The notes beneath the pieces were generated by a model. The model was given only the letters and a program-made list of their open reading frames with translations. It was not told where the DNA came from and searched no databases. The translations under genes were made by a program, and so were the position numbers. Positions 12,701 to 25,135 of a stretch of DNA of 64,000 bases are shown here, one piece after another (the stretch's first letter is position 1; every line of letters starts with the position of its first letter). The stretch covers positions 218,023 through 282,022 of the forward strand of contig NIVC01000511.1 in NCBI GenBank assembly GCA_002269645.1, given 5' to 3'. Origin of the DNA: Macrostomum lignano. Its lineage: Eukaryota.

Positions 12701-15700
12701 CACCTGACTAGCGGATAGGTGACATTATAGTGCAGATCTGTGTGCCGCTCCATCATGGACAGCACCCGGAGGCAACAAAGGAAGCCATGATAGCCGATAA
12801 TTATGTTGGCAAAAAAGGTGCCAGAGCTTGGCAACAGATTCGATGCGCTCAGGTGTTCCTGGGCCTGCGTTTATCAAAGAGAAATTATTTCCTTAATGAA
12901 GGTAGTAAAATAATAATCTGATAGACATACGAGTTTAATTCTCACCTCCAAGTAGATATATTCGCGAAACATTATGATAAGCAGCAGACAGGCCACTACG
13001 ATGAGCAGAAGGGAGACGACATTGATTACCAGCAGCTGCAGCAGGCTGCTGGCCCGGTCTGAGAAACCCGTCTGCCGCTGATGCTTGCCGATCTGCACCG
13101 CAGTCTCCTGAGGATGCGGCGTCGGTTGGCGGATGGCGCTGGGAAGGGTAACACCTCACTCCCTGGTTCTACACCCACCTCACTCCCTGGCTTTACACCC
13201 ACCTCACTCCCCGGCTCTACACCAACCTCACTCCATGCCATGGCCCTTACACCCACCTCACTCCCTGGCTTTACACCCACCTCACTCCCCGGCTCTACAC
13301 CAACCTCACTCCCCGGCTCTACACCAACCTCACTCCCTGGCTCGTAAACCCACCTCACTCCCTGGCCCTTACACCCACCTCACTCCCTGGCCCGTACACC
13401 CACCTCACTCCCTGGCCCTTACACCCACCTCACTCCCTGGCCCGTACACCCACCTCACTCCCTGGCCCGTACACCCACCTCACTCCCTGGCTCGTAAACC
13501 CACCTCACTCCCTGGCCCGTAAACCCACCTCACTCCCTGGCCCTTACACCCACCTCACTCCCTGGCCCGTACACCCACCTCACTCCCTGGCCCGTACACC
13601 CACCTCACTCCCTGGCTCATAAACCCACCTCACTCCCTGGCCCGTACACCCACCTCACTCCCTGACTCGTAAACCCACCTCACTTCCTAACAAGCATACA
13701 AGCTCGTACTACATTCCCAATCACTGATACACACAATCATCCCTAACAATTCTCACCTTAAAAGTGGTAGCAATGGCTGATCTTCGCTGAACTACAGCAC
13801 GCGGCCGTCGCATGGAGAAATCCCAGGCAGAAAACACGGTAGCAATTAGGCTGCTGCCGCGCAGCTCGCCACTGCTCTCCACATAGTGATCCTGCACCGC
13901 TGTTGTGAGCCTTTCAAATTAGATCAAATGAATACGAGAGCTGTATTGAAAACTGAACGGGCTCATTGGCTTAACACTTTGTTACATAAAGGAAACGAAT
14001 TATGAGATTTTCGCACTCAGCTCACATTTTCGCCACACAGATCAAGTTAAAGATAAGAAAACCGAGTCCGGTGAAGAAGTAGGCATTTTTCAAATCGTAT
14101 CCGCTGCCGTCTAGAGTTTTGTTTGAATAGGCGCCATAGTACAGCAGCGATTGCGGCCTGATGTCCTGCGGGTTTTTGCAATAATTGTGCTGTACTGCAG
14201 TAGACTACAGCTCCAGATCACTTAGCCCCGCTCCATCACCCAGGTCCATGAGAATTGCCCGCAGACGAATCGCCCGCCAAGATTCGCTCGCCGAGATGTC
14301 CCAAAGTGCATTTTGCCCGCGCGCGATTTGCCCGCCGTTTTTTTTTCAGCCGAAGTTTGCCCGCAAAGCTTTTTTCGCTCGAGGGCAATTAACTCGCGGC
14401 CAAATCCTACTGCGGGAAAATCTCGGCGGAAACAGCTCGACAGGCAATTCTCGACAAGCTATTTTCGGCGGGCATTTCGTCTGCGGACAATGCTCATGCT
14501 CCCCCCGTCCCCACTTATCTATATTCCCTCCGTCACCCACCCCACTTATCTATATTCCCTCCGTCACCCTCCCCACTTATCTATATTCCCTCCGTCACCC
14601 ACCCCACTTATCTATATTCCCTCCGTCACCCTCCCCACTTATCTATATTCCCTCCGTCACCCACCCCACTTATCTATATTCCCTCCGTCACCCTCCCCAC
14701 TTATCTATATTCCCTCCGTCACCCACCCCACTTATCTATATTCCCTCCGTCACCCACCCCACTTATCTATATTCCTTCTGTCACCCTCCCCACTTATCTA
14801 TATTCCCTCCGTCACCCACCCCACTTATCTATATTCCCTCCGTCACCCACCCCACTTATCTATATTCCCTCCGTCACCCACCCCACTTATCTATATTCCC
14901 TCCGTCACCCACCCCACTTATCTATATTCCCTCCGTCACCCTCCCCACTTATCTATATTCCTTCTGTCACCCTCCCCACTTATCTATATTCCTTCCGTCA
15001 CACTCCCCACTTATCTATATTCCCTCCGTCACCCACCCCACTTATCTATATTCCCTCCGTCACACTCCCCACTTATCTATATTCCTTCCGTCACACTCCT
15101 CGCTTCCAACCTCCTCCATCCAACATTGAAATCGACTCACCCTGCCCAGCACAGCGTCAGCTACAGTGGCATTATTAACAGCGTAAGCTGACCGACCAAA
15201 GCCTTTGGGCCTGAGCTGGGGAAACACCAGAAAGAAAAAGATTGACATGGCTGACAGCACCGTTGCCATGGCCAGCTGGCGGTAGATTGTAAAGAATGCG
15301 CCCACACCTGTAAGGCAACACAGAATAAGACGGAGCTGTGCTTATCATCGGCGCACACCTAGTGCACTGAACCGTCAATCTTATGGCTTTGTCTCACCTG
15401 TGCCATAGTCGGCGGCTACGCTATCGTCTATGGCCGAGCCGAACCCGGTCACCAGGTCGTACGCGCGCACGAGGCCGTGATAGATTGAGCGGACCAGTTT
15501 GAAAGCGCAGTTAGTGCGCTGAGTTAGTGGCTTCTGCTGGCCCGTCTCATCCTCCTGGGCCTGCAGTCGCTGAGCTCTAACTGCCTGCCTCTTGCGACTG
15601 GCTTTGAGCGCTGAGCCGCGACTGCGCAAGGGGAAGAAGACATTTTAAATCCTCAGTTGGCATGTGCCCAACTTGCTACACACCTTACTTCTCAGCAAAT

Positions 15701-17454
15701 CATAACCCCTGCAGTTGGCTACAGACTTCTCAGCCAATCATAACCCCTGAAGTTGGCTACAGACTTCTCAGACAATCACAACCCCTGAAGTTGGCTACAG
15801 ACTTCTCAGCCAATCACAACCCCTGAAGTTGGCTACAGACTTCTCAGCCAATCACAACCCCTGAAGTTGGCTACAGACTTCTCAGCCAATCACAACCCCT
15901 GAAGTTGGCTACAGACTTCTCAGCCAATCACAACCCCTGAAGTTGGCTACAGACTTCTCAGCCAATCACAACCCCTGAAGTTGGCTACAGACTTCTCAGC
16001 CAATCACAACCCCTGCAGTTGGCTACAGACTTCTCAGCCAATCACAACCCCTGCAGTTGGCTACAGACTTCTCAGCCAATCACAACCCCTGAAGTTGGCT
16101 ACAGACTTCTCAGACAATCACAACCCCTGCAGTTGGCTACAGACTTCTCAGCCAATCACAACCCCTGAAGTTGGCTACAGACTTCTCAGACAATCACAAC
16201 CCCTGAAGTTGGCTACAGACTTCTCAGCCAATCACAACCCCTGAAGTTGGCTACAGACTTCTCAGACAATCACAACCCCTGAAGTTGGCTACAGACTTCT
16301 CAGCCAATCACAACCCCTGAAGTTGGCTACAGACTTCTCAGCCAATCACAACCCCTGAAGTTGGCTACAGACTTCTCAGCCAATCACAACCCCTACAGTT
16401 GGCTACAGACTTCTCAGCCAATCACAACCCTAAGCGATGCCACAGACTTATCAAACAAGCCGGATTCCTACGATATTCATTTATTTAATCCGTTCACTCA
16501 CTATGCAGTCATGTAGGTTTGCTGCTCTGTGGCACCTGTTAAAGCATCTCCAAGGCCTTCATCATTGCTACTCTCAGCGGCGCCGGCAGTAGGCGAAGCA
16601 GCAGCAGCGTTCAAGCTGCTCTGCGAAGCCGACTCGGTTCGAAGATTCCGAACTCTGTCAGACAGAGACTCCACACTGAGCCAGTCTGTAAGCGTGGAAT
16701 TTTTTTGTTCAGTTAAGTGCGTTGAAACAGATATTTGCAAGCGCTGAGGCAATTCTGCCCATTACGCTGACTCCTGAGCACATACAAGCGCGCCAATACT
16801 GTACTCAGGCGCGCAATCATACACACGCTCACACAGGGTGTACAGCGGCCCTGACTTTCTAATCGTCAGGCATGTACACTCTCAGGCATGTACACTCTCA
16901 AGCATGTACACTCTCAGGCATGTACACTCTCAGGTATGTACACTCTCAGGCATGTACACTCTCAGGTATTTACACTCTCAGGCATGTACACTCTCAGGCA
17001 TGTACACTCTCAGGTATGTACACTCTCAGGCATGTACACTCTCAGGCATGTACACTCTCAGGCATGTACACTCTCAGGCATGTACACTCTCAGGCATGTA
17101 CACTCTCAGGCATGTACACTCTCAGGCATGTACACACTCTGTGCATTGGGCGTTGGCCCTCATGGGTGTAAATTACAATTTACACAACCTCACACACAAG
17201 CCCCAAATAAATGTGGCCGAACATGGAATCGAACCAGGGGTCACAGATTGAGAGTCAGGCACATTCACCGCCAGGCTGCACTTCCCCCTCCCCTTGAAAC
17301 CACAATTGATTAATTGTGGCAACAATATTAATACGCGAGCATACTTACGCATCTTGCTTGATGGCAGGTTTCTGACCACCTGCATTCCGCCAGATGGCTG
17401 CACAATCAGGCTACCGATGTCATCCAGAGGAATTGCTTCGATATTGCTGGCCAT
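6744..17454 (-). CDS. TMC: Transmembrane channel-like (TMC) protein, 14 exons, 732 aa
   Basis: Exons 17454-17349, 16685-16502, 15621-15398, 15307-15141, 14165-14026, 13910-13757, 13107-12946, 12864-12704, 12625-12508, 11866-11715, 11137-11033, 10939-10864, 9380-9030, 6842-6744. They total 2199 nt, every phase joins, and the frame ends in TGA. TMC motifs: YGTGVGAFF, LLYYGAY, VFSAWDFS, CWESWMAAQLYRL, WLGAFFSPPL, PSPACGPFR-like SPACGPFR. Confidence 0.9.
7335..8965. repeat. 22-bp minisatellite in TMC intron 13
   Basis: Unit AGATTCAGATGATTCAGGTAGA with variants, ~70 copies. Confidence 0.95.
9470..10792. repeat. 15-bp minisatellite in TMC intron 12
   Basis: Unit GAGATGGGGATCAGA, with a ~297-bp higher-order duplication (9885 vs 10182). 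Confidence 0.93.
11260..11625. repeat. Degenerate ~24-bp purine-rich minisatellite in TMC intron 10
   Basis: Recurring GAGATTAGAGATGAGACAAAGG. Confidence 0.75.
11915..12458. repeat. 26-bp minisatellite in TMC intron 9 (two sub-types)
   Basis: CACCCACCTCACTCCCTGCCCTCAGC, then CACAGACACCCACCTCACTCCCTGAC. Confidence 0.92.
13152..13688. repeat. 25-bp minisatellite in TMC intron 6
   Basis: Unit CACCCACCTCACTCCCTGGCCCGTA. Confidence 0.92.
14247..14498. mobile_element. Inverted-repeat (MITE-like) element in TMC intron 4
   Basis: CATGAGAATTGCCCGCAGACGAATCGCCCGCC pairs with GGCGGGCATTTCGTCTGCGGACAATGCTCATG. Internal TTGCCCGC motifs; no clear TSD. Confidence 0.6.
14503..15097. repeat. 31-bp minisatellite in TMC intron 4
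   Basis: Unit CCGTCACCCACCCCACTTATCTATATTCCCT. Confidence 0.93.
15690..16430. repeat. 38-bp minisatellite in TMC intron 2
   Basis: Unit ACAACCCCTGAAGTTGGCTACAGACTTCTCAGCCAATC, ~19 copies. Confidence 0.95.
16781..17287 (-). mobile_element. tRNA-derived SINE in TMC intron 1, containing an expanded 16-bp array
   Basis: Minus-strand head GGGGAAGTGCAGCCTGGCGGTG...CTGACTCTCA...GGTTCGATTCC with A and B boxes. The body is collinear with 22305-22668. Confidence 0.7.
16866..17139. repeat. 16-bp minisatellite in TMC intron 1, inside a SINE
   Basis: Unit CATGTACACTCTCAGG, ~17 copies. Confidence 0.93.
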
Positions 17455-18170
17455 TGCTGACTCAAAGCGAATGACTGTCAAAGCTTAAAAATAGTTGCAT
17501 AATGACTCAATTGTTACTTAAAGAACAAATCTATACTTGGAAATGTAACTGCAATTTAGTTACCCTACTGCACTGGCTCATGCACCTGAAGGTATAAACA
17601 AAGCATTTATTTTATACTTCCAAGATAACCATCCAGAAAAGATAAAAACCCAAAATAGAATTTCATCATTCCCAATGAAGTGCATTTAGTTATATTGAAA
17701 TTAATTAATTAATTAATTAATTAATAGATAATTAATTAATTTATAATATGGAGTCTTTTATTAAACACCTAATATCCCTACATTAAGTACTTTATATAAT
17801 AAATATTTATAGGAGGGCTGTGGGCACCTTGGCTCAATGCCTTCAGCAATGTCATTCCAATGGTGAGACAATTCCACCCATTGTACTAACTCTTGGGCAC
17901 ACAAGTTTTTAGATACTGCATGCAGTCACTCCACATGCTCACATATGGCATATAGTGGCACTACTATTCTAGTAGAGATGTTCTGAAATTTTAATTAGTA
18001 TTTTGATTTCCCAAATTTTTAAATTTTCAAATCAAATTTTGATTTTGAAAAAATTTCAAGTCAAAATTTTGAGAGTCTAGTTTTAAAATTGTTTATTTTA
18101 TTTAATTTTCTTAGAAACGATTTCAGCTCTGATATGCAAAACCTTAAGCAGTCTAAAGATATAGTGCAGA

Positions 18171-18359
<189 letters not shown>

Positions 18360-20281
18360 TATAACTAATAGCAAAAACCACAAGCATGTCTAGGAGCTAA
18401 AACTAGGTCTATAGAACCTTATTAGAATAGTATAAAGAACTCACAAATAATGCACTGATGCCCTTATTGTACTTATGATTGCAATAGCATTAATTTTTGA
18501 CAAATATTTATATTTTATATATATGCTAATAGCCTCTTAACAGACTAAATTCTTATAATAATTTAATATAGCATAAGACTACAAATTTATACTTGATATC
18601 TAGCAAGAGCAAAAGTATAAATTGTTTAACAAAAGAAATAATGCATACTTAAAAATAAAAAGAATGATACTCAATAATAAGCTACTTCTAAAAAGCGTAA
18701 AATATTAGAATCTTCCTTCTTAGAGATCCAGTCAAAAAGTCAAAGTCAAAAACATGGTTGCAATTAAGGCTTGAAGCTTTGCTTATAAACAAAATCATTC
18801 ATAGGGCCTAGGGCAGTTTTCAACTAGGCTTTTCAATAAAAATACACCTTATCCTATGTATATATTTTTAACTACTTAGACGCACATTTAAAGAAAAATA
18901 AATATAATACCGAAACGGCGAAACATGGTCTATGGAAGATTCTTAATCTTTACCTGACTGCACACATAAATAAAAGATACAATAAACCAAGATAAAGAAA
19001 CCAAGAACCACGGCTGAAATGGTTTGCTAGAGTAGAGTTTGATTTATGTGACTCGTCTTAGAAATGTGACTCGTCTAAAATTACATTCCATTTCCAAAAT
19101 GACAGTTTCTTAGAATTTCTTGCATTCTAATTCGTGCTTTAAAGCGTTGTCTGTACGGGTTAATTTTGTTTAGTCAACGTGGTCACACGAAGGGGACTCT
19201 GCAGAGGACTGAGAATGTAAGCATAGCTATATTGAAGTTTAAAGGAAGCTATGGCTTCAGTTAAGGTACATGTAACTTAGGATTTAAATTTAGGATAATA
19301 ATAAACTGATTACACCTGCCCTTGATGGGTAATGTGCAACCGACCACTCAGCCGCAGCTACATGTATTGCGCGCTATTGCGTAATAACTCTGCATGTATG
19401 TATTTCTTCTATTTGAGATGCACCCACAATTTTATTTTTCATCAATATGCTACCGCGGCAGACCGGCAAGCAAACAAAGTTACGGCGAAATTCCAGTATA
19501 GCTCTTATCTAAAGTCGTATTTTTAGACCATTTTACTGCTATCTTAACCGAATTTTTCTATGGTAAAACCCCATTTAGCGCTATGCAACTGAAAAGATAA
19601 ACATATTTGAAGCGTAAGCCGCTTCAATAATAGCCTACATGATCGAAAGTTAATTTTGGCAATTTTACAGACACGTACATGTACATGTGTAATGAAGATG
19701 TAAGACTATACATTTAGGTATATAGAAATTTATACACGCTTTTAGCAGCCTATCGCAAGACGATTCTATCCAGATGTCCCCCATCGGGGGGCGAAGATTG
19801 CTAGTTTACTTTACTCATTTTCTGCCTATCATGGCTGTGTGCTACACAATTAATTGGCAGAAAAAGCCCACAAATGAACCGAATTATTCTCGATCTCACT
19901 TATATAGGCCAACAGAAAATATGGCTAAACCTCGTACGTAGATAAATATAAGCACAGTACGCAGCCATTTCCCTTGTTCTACATACATCACATTGTGGTA
20001 GACTAGCATAAACTTCTTATTTTGTGAATTATATAGTCATGATATAAGAACAAAGACATATGCTTTTAAACTGTTTAAAAAGATTTTTGTTGTGAATTTA
20101 CTTTAAATTTTTTAAATAAAAATCGTAAAAATATTTTTAAATTCTTGACACGTAGAGGATAAATGAGGATATTTTCGTTCCATGTAGTTTACAGTAATCA
20201 GGACAAATCGTGAATAAACACTTGTCGGACTCTTAATGAATTTTCGAGACAAAGCTGTACAGTGCACACACACAGTTAGGG

Positions 20282-23247
20282 TCAGCTCTCCCCTTGCTGG
20301 CTCAGGATTTCCACAGCGGCGTTCAAATCTCCGTTGGTGACTTGCAGGGCCAGCAGGCTGGCCGTGTCATCCGTGAAGCCCATGTCCCTGAGCTGGGGAA
20401 CCAAATGGGAGTAATCTGAACCTTCATCGCCAAGACCTCCGCCGAGACCTCCGCCGAGACTTTTCATAAACTGCTCGAAAAGTTCAGGCATTTGGTCCAG
20501 CGGGTTGCCTCCCGACTGATTCTGCCGCCGAATTGCCGCCTGAGAATGTAGGATAGGTTGCGGGTGGCACGTCATCAGAGACTTGAAGGATGGCGCGAAA
20601 ATGAGGATATAATAGTTATTCTTGATACCGTACTTCGGGGCAAGAGCTCTCCCCGACGGAGCGGCAATGCGTCCGAACCTCGCAAATTTACTATAAGGTT
20701 CAGCAATCAGCATGAACTCTGGCTTGGAGCTTTTGAGATTATTTACGCTCATGCGAACCGATCCTTGAAGCCATGCGCAATTTAGAGCAGATGTTATACC
20801 CTGCATGAGTGTGTTCCTGAGTACATGTATATATCTATCAAGGACCACTAGATATACGAGTAGGAGGTAAAACTCAAGATTCTCAATTATTCATTTCTTC
20901 ATCATTTTGCCACCTTGCAGAGGCACTTATCAACATCAACCGCATGAGTTGAAGGGAAAATTCACAAGAATGAAAGAGTTGAACAAAACTAACAAAAATT
21001 CTGAAGCTGAAGACACGAATGCATTCGATGCAGTCACGCGATTCATGCTGACCTCAAGCAATTGTTTCTCCTGCCCCGATGCACTTCTTCATTCGAAACT
21101 TGTCTGGGTGCCTTCTTCAAACAATGCACTGGAGACACTCTTATCACAGATTGCATGGGATAGAATGGTAAGAGTCAGCGCCTTAGTTTGTGCTACAGAC
21201 AGATGGCAGCGAACGTATATTGCGGCGGACAAGTTCTACTTTGAGTATTTTAATCGTGAAACGCACCAAAATATATAGGGTGCCTTCATTGTACAAGCAT
21301 TTTTCTTGCACCTCCATATTAGTGGGAAACTAAATTTCTGCTTCACTTAAAAGAAGACAAAATGTTGAACAATCTGATAAAAAAGTAAACTTCTGTACTG
21401 ATGCAACCGATCTGAAGATACAGGCATTTAAATTATCGACATTCAACTATTTTCCACGATTCGTGAGTGTCATGTCCTTCAAGTAGTCCTTGTTATCCAT
21501 GTGTGCCCATAGGGTCAGCGTGTAACTATGGACATTCTTAATGTCTCCTCGATGTCGCTAAAAGTTGTGATAACCACAAAAGCCTCAAACCTGCTCCTGT
21601 TGACGCGGTTCCGGATTGGGCTGCTGACTTGTCGTTGCCAGAGCCAAGTTGTTGCCGAGGCCAGACTCTTGCATCAAGGCAGGCAGCAGCTCCGGCGCCT
21701 CCTGCTGCAGCAGTTGTAAGTTTTCTTTGGCCTGCTTGTAAGCTTCCACGGCGCGCTGGTTTTTAACATTCGACAGCTGCGAGTCGCTGCGGTCCGATAC
21801 GCCTCCTGGCCGCTGCTGCTCCCCTACTGGCGTCCCATGCGTTGTGGGCTTTGACTGCACAGACGGGCCTCTTGTAGGCTGGGGGGGTGGCGGCGGTGGC
21901 GGCGGCGGCATACGCATTGATTCCTGCATCATCCGCTGGTAGAATTTGATGTCCTGATGGATGTTAGCCACCTGGTTTGAGCTATTCAGCTGTTGCTGCT
22001 GCTTGCTCAGGAGCTCCTGCAGTTGTTTGTTGCTCTGGGAAGAAATTAAGGTAAGATAAGGTAAAAATGTACTTACCAATGAGTAAATCATTCACAAGTT
22101 GGCCAATGCAAAAGTCTTAATTTAAAAGCCATGATTTAAAGGTACTCCTAGACTACAGGGGCACAGTAGCTCTGCGGTAAACGTGTCCGATTCAAACGTT
22201 ACGATCCCTCGTTTGATTCACACCCATAAGGGCTAATACTGTACACAGGAACGTACGCAAGCATACACAGGTACTGTACTGTGTAAACGTACTGTACACA
22301 GGCGTATACAAGCGTCCCAACACTGTAGACTGGCACGCACTCATACACCGCGCTCTCACAGGGTTGTACAGCGGTCCTGACTTTCTAATAGTCAGGCATG
22401 TACACTCTCCGTGCCTTGAGAGTTCGCGGACCTCATAGGTGTGAATCGTACGACAACCCTCGGCAAATTTTCATGCAAATGCTCCAAATGAATGTGGCCG
22501 TGAACGAAACAAGGACCACTAGGAACACTTCGTTATAGAAGGACGTTACACTCTCGATTTGTGTAAAAATAGTTAAAAGCCGAAGTCTAGTAGTCCTTGG
22601 CACAGAATCGAACCAGGGGTCCTGGGCGCGAGAGTCAGACGCGGTTACCGCTGAGCTGCTCTGTCCCCAAACAATTACAAAGAGAATAAGCTAAATAAGC
22701 ATTCGATAATCGGCAAACCTGCGGCTCGCCAATGAGTGCGTCGGAGCCTATCAGGCCAATTGGCGGCGCCTGGCCATGCGGCGCGGGTGTCGGCGGCTTG
22801 GGCGACCGCATGCAGGCCAGCAGGTCGCGCGTCTCTCGCGACTGCAGCTGCAGTCGGGTGTTCTCGGGGTTTTCCAGCATCCGGTGTTGCCAGGAGGCGA
22901 CCATGTCGACGAATCTGGTGCTGCCGGAGTCCAGGTCCTCGCGAATGTGGCTGGGCATCAGGTCCAGAACTTCTTCACGAGCTTTGGCCGACTTTTCCGC
23001 AGCCTCCGGCGTCTCGGGCTGCTTGGGCGGCGGCCTGTCGCAGATGGCGTAGATGCGATAGTTGTTGAGGCCCATGCCCGGCTGCGCAGAGGCTGACAGC
23101 GCAGGCGACGGCGTCAGGAACTCAGCCAGGGAGCCGTCCGCGGGAGCGGTCTTGCCGCCGGCGAGAAGCTGGACGCGGCCGGGATCGGTCTCCATCTTCT
23201 CGGCAATGCGAGCCCTCAGCTGGCCGAGTTTAGAACAATTTAGAGTA
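20282..23247 (-). CDS. Ubiquitin-like (UBL) plus C-terminal UBA domain protein, UBL7/ubiquilin-like; 5' end not resolved
   Basis: Exons ~23247-22719 (GQLRARIAEKMETDPGRVQLLAGGK, UBL-like), 22034-21591 (Q/P-rich) and 20539-20282 (LVPQLRDMGFTDDTASLLALQVTNGDLNAAVEIL, a UBA domain with MGF motif, then stop). The phase-0 junctions join cleanly. The start exon was not found. Confidence 0.8.
22158..22300 (+). mobile_element. tRNA-derived SINE, third (degenerate, internally deleted) copy
   Basis: GGGGCACAGTAGCTCTGCGGTAAACGTGTCCGATTC...CCCTCGTTTGATTC aligns to the other two heads and is followed by the body motif CACACCCATAAGGG. Confidence 0.6.
22305..22668 (-). mobile_element. tRNA-derived SINE, second copy, interrupted by a ~100-bp inverted-repeat-bounded insertion
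   Basis: Head GGGGACAGAGCAGCTCAGCGGTAA...GGTTCGATTC. The insertion at ~22510-22602 is bounded by CAAGGACCACTAG and CTAGTAGTCCTTG. Confidence 0.7.
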
Positions 23248-25135
23248 CTTTAGTATTCTTAAGGACAATTAATATGTACTTTTCGATGCAAATGAAGTGT
23301 ATGAGACTCTATGTTTTCTGCGTTTGATCACATTTTGACCAAAAAAATGTGTGCTTGTGTGGTAAAATCCTGGTTAAAAAGTAATACTAAAAACGGTTAT
23401 TGATCCTAAAAAAAATTTTAAATGCTTTAAAAGACCATTTACACTCGCAATTACCATAGACTATAGAAACAGTTAATATTAGAAATTATAAGAGAAATTA
23501 CAGTAATAGATAATAATGCAATAAATATGGCTAGAATAATAAGAATCAACACATCAGCAATAACTAAAAATTGATTTCCTTAAATCTTACATTCTCTTGA
23601 TGTTTTTGTTTTTCAAACTTTTCAAGTAGTGACTTTTTGTCTAGAAAAAAGTTATATAGAGGTTGTCTGATGTCCAAATAAAGTTAAAATAGCATTGTTG
23701 TAGAAAAAACAAAGAAAAATTGTTTGTAGAATGAGTAAAATGAATTTTTATTATTAAGCTGCAATAATATTTCTTTAACAAAAAGTTTAACAAAAAAGAC
23801 CACTCAACTTAACATAGTGGGCACATATATTTCTGAAAAATGATTAAAAAGTTAAAATGCACGAGCCCCTTGAAATACAAGATACCCAGGAAAGGATTAA
23901 ACATTGGTGCTTTCAATTGCAGTAGAAAAAGTGGCACTAGTTGAAATTTAGTAATTTAACTAAATAGAATAACAGCTCAAAATCACGAAATTTTTGCTTC
24001 ACTTTTTAAACTTGCATTACCTCGCTTATTGTACTGTCTGGAGCTGCATCAAACTCAAATCTTCCTTTTGGAGTTCGGATCTCTAGACAAAAAGGAGAGT
24101 TGTTTTCTCGCATTTTATTTCAAGGTTCCTTATTGTAAATTTGCGAACTATTGAGTATTGTGAATTAAATTTATGGTCCGTAGTAATAAGGTACTAAACA
24201 AGAAGTCGTCCTTGTTTAGCTAAAGGCATAAATTTTAAATTTTACTTTTTTATTTCGGTGACGGGTAAAACAAAATAGCAAGTAGTAAAATTGAATAAGT
24301 GTTGTAAAATTATTGTAAAGTTTTCCATTGCTTATGCGTCTTATAAAAATTTTCAAGACACGAAAATTTGCTACTCTCAAAACCCTTGATATTCGTTAAT
24401 TTTCGTCCGAGCAGACTTTTGTCTATTGTAAACTATGGACGGAATAATAGTCTTGATAATAATTTAATTTAGCTTACTGAGGCAGAACTGACTAGCAATC
24501 ATTGCTTTTACAAAAAGTACAAGTTGGATACAAGGAGGGACGTTAATTGCCTACTATATAGTTTGTAAAGTCGTCCTATTGAACGTTCGTAAAGGATCGT
24601 CTGCTCAACCCGTCAATGAGCTGCCAAATTAACTAAGTTAGGTGATTTTGTTAAGATAACGCGAGAAGTAAGTATCTTTGTAAATTAAAAAAATAACATG
24701 ACTAAGTTGAGCAGAAACTTCATCGGCCTTAAATGTAACGTGTACACGTACCTGCATAGCATGGTCGACGACTACTGTTGTACGTCTCGTCTGGATTCGA
24801 ACTTGGATGATTTCGTCTTAGATACTACAGTATTATATGTTTTATTAATGATGCATAGCTATAGCTTATTTTATTTGAAATGCAATAATACTCGTGCAGT
24901 ATTAATCTGCTCAGTAATATACTCGTAAAAGCTTTCTACAGACATTCAAAATGATGTGCGTGAAAACTGATGTGTGTGGGCTCAGTGCCATATGCACGTG
25001 AGCCACCGCAGTAAGTTTATAAAGTAGCTCTGCGGAACAAAATAAGAAAGCCAAGTCTCTTATATAGCTCGTGTAAGACGCTAGGCTATAGAACGTTCTG
25101 TAATACAAGTATACGAGCACAAATTAACACTCATT

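Noticed and set aside
17215-17287. tRNA-like sequences here and at 22158-22215 and 22600-22668
   Set aside because: They have A/B boxes but no consistent cloverleaf, and they are attached to a shared body, so they are SINE heads rather than tRNA genes.
20540-20848. 100-codon upstream extension of the UBA exon ORF
   Set aside because: A good acceptor at 20540 joins in phase to the previous exon, and the extension has no recognisable similarity. Treated as intron.
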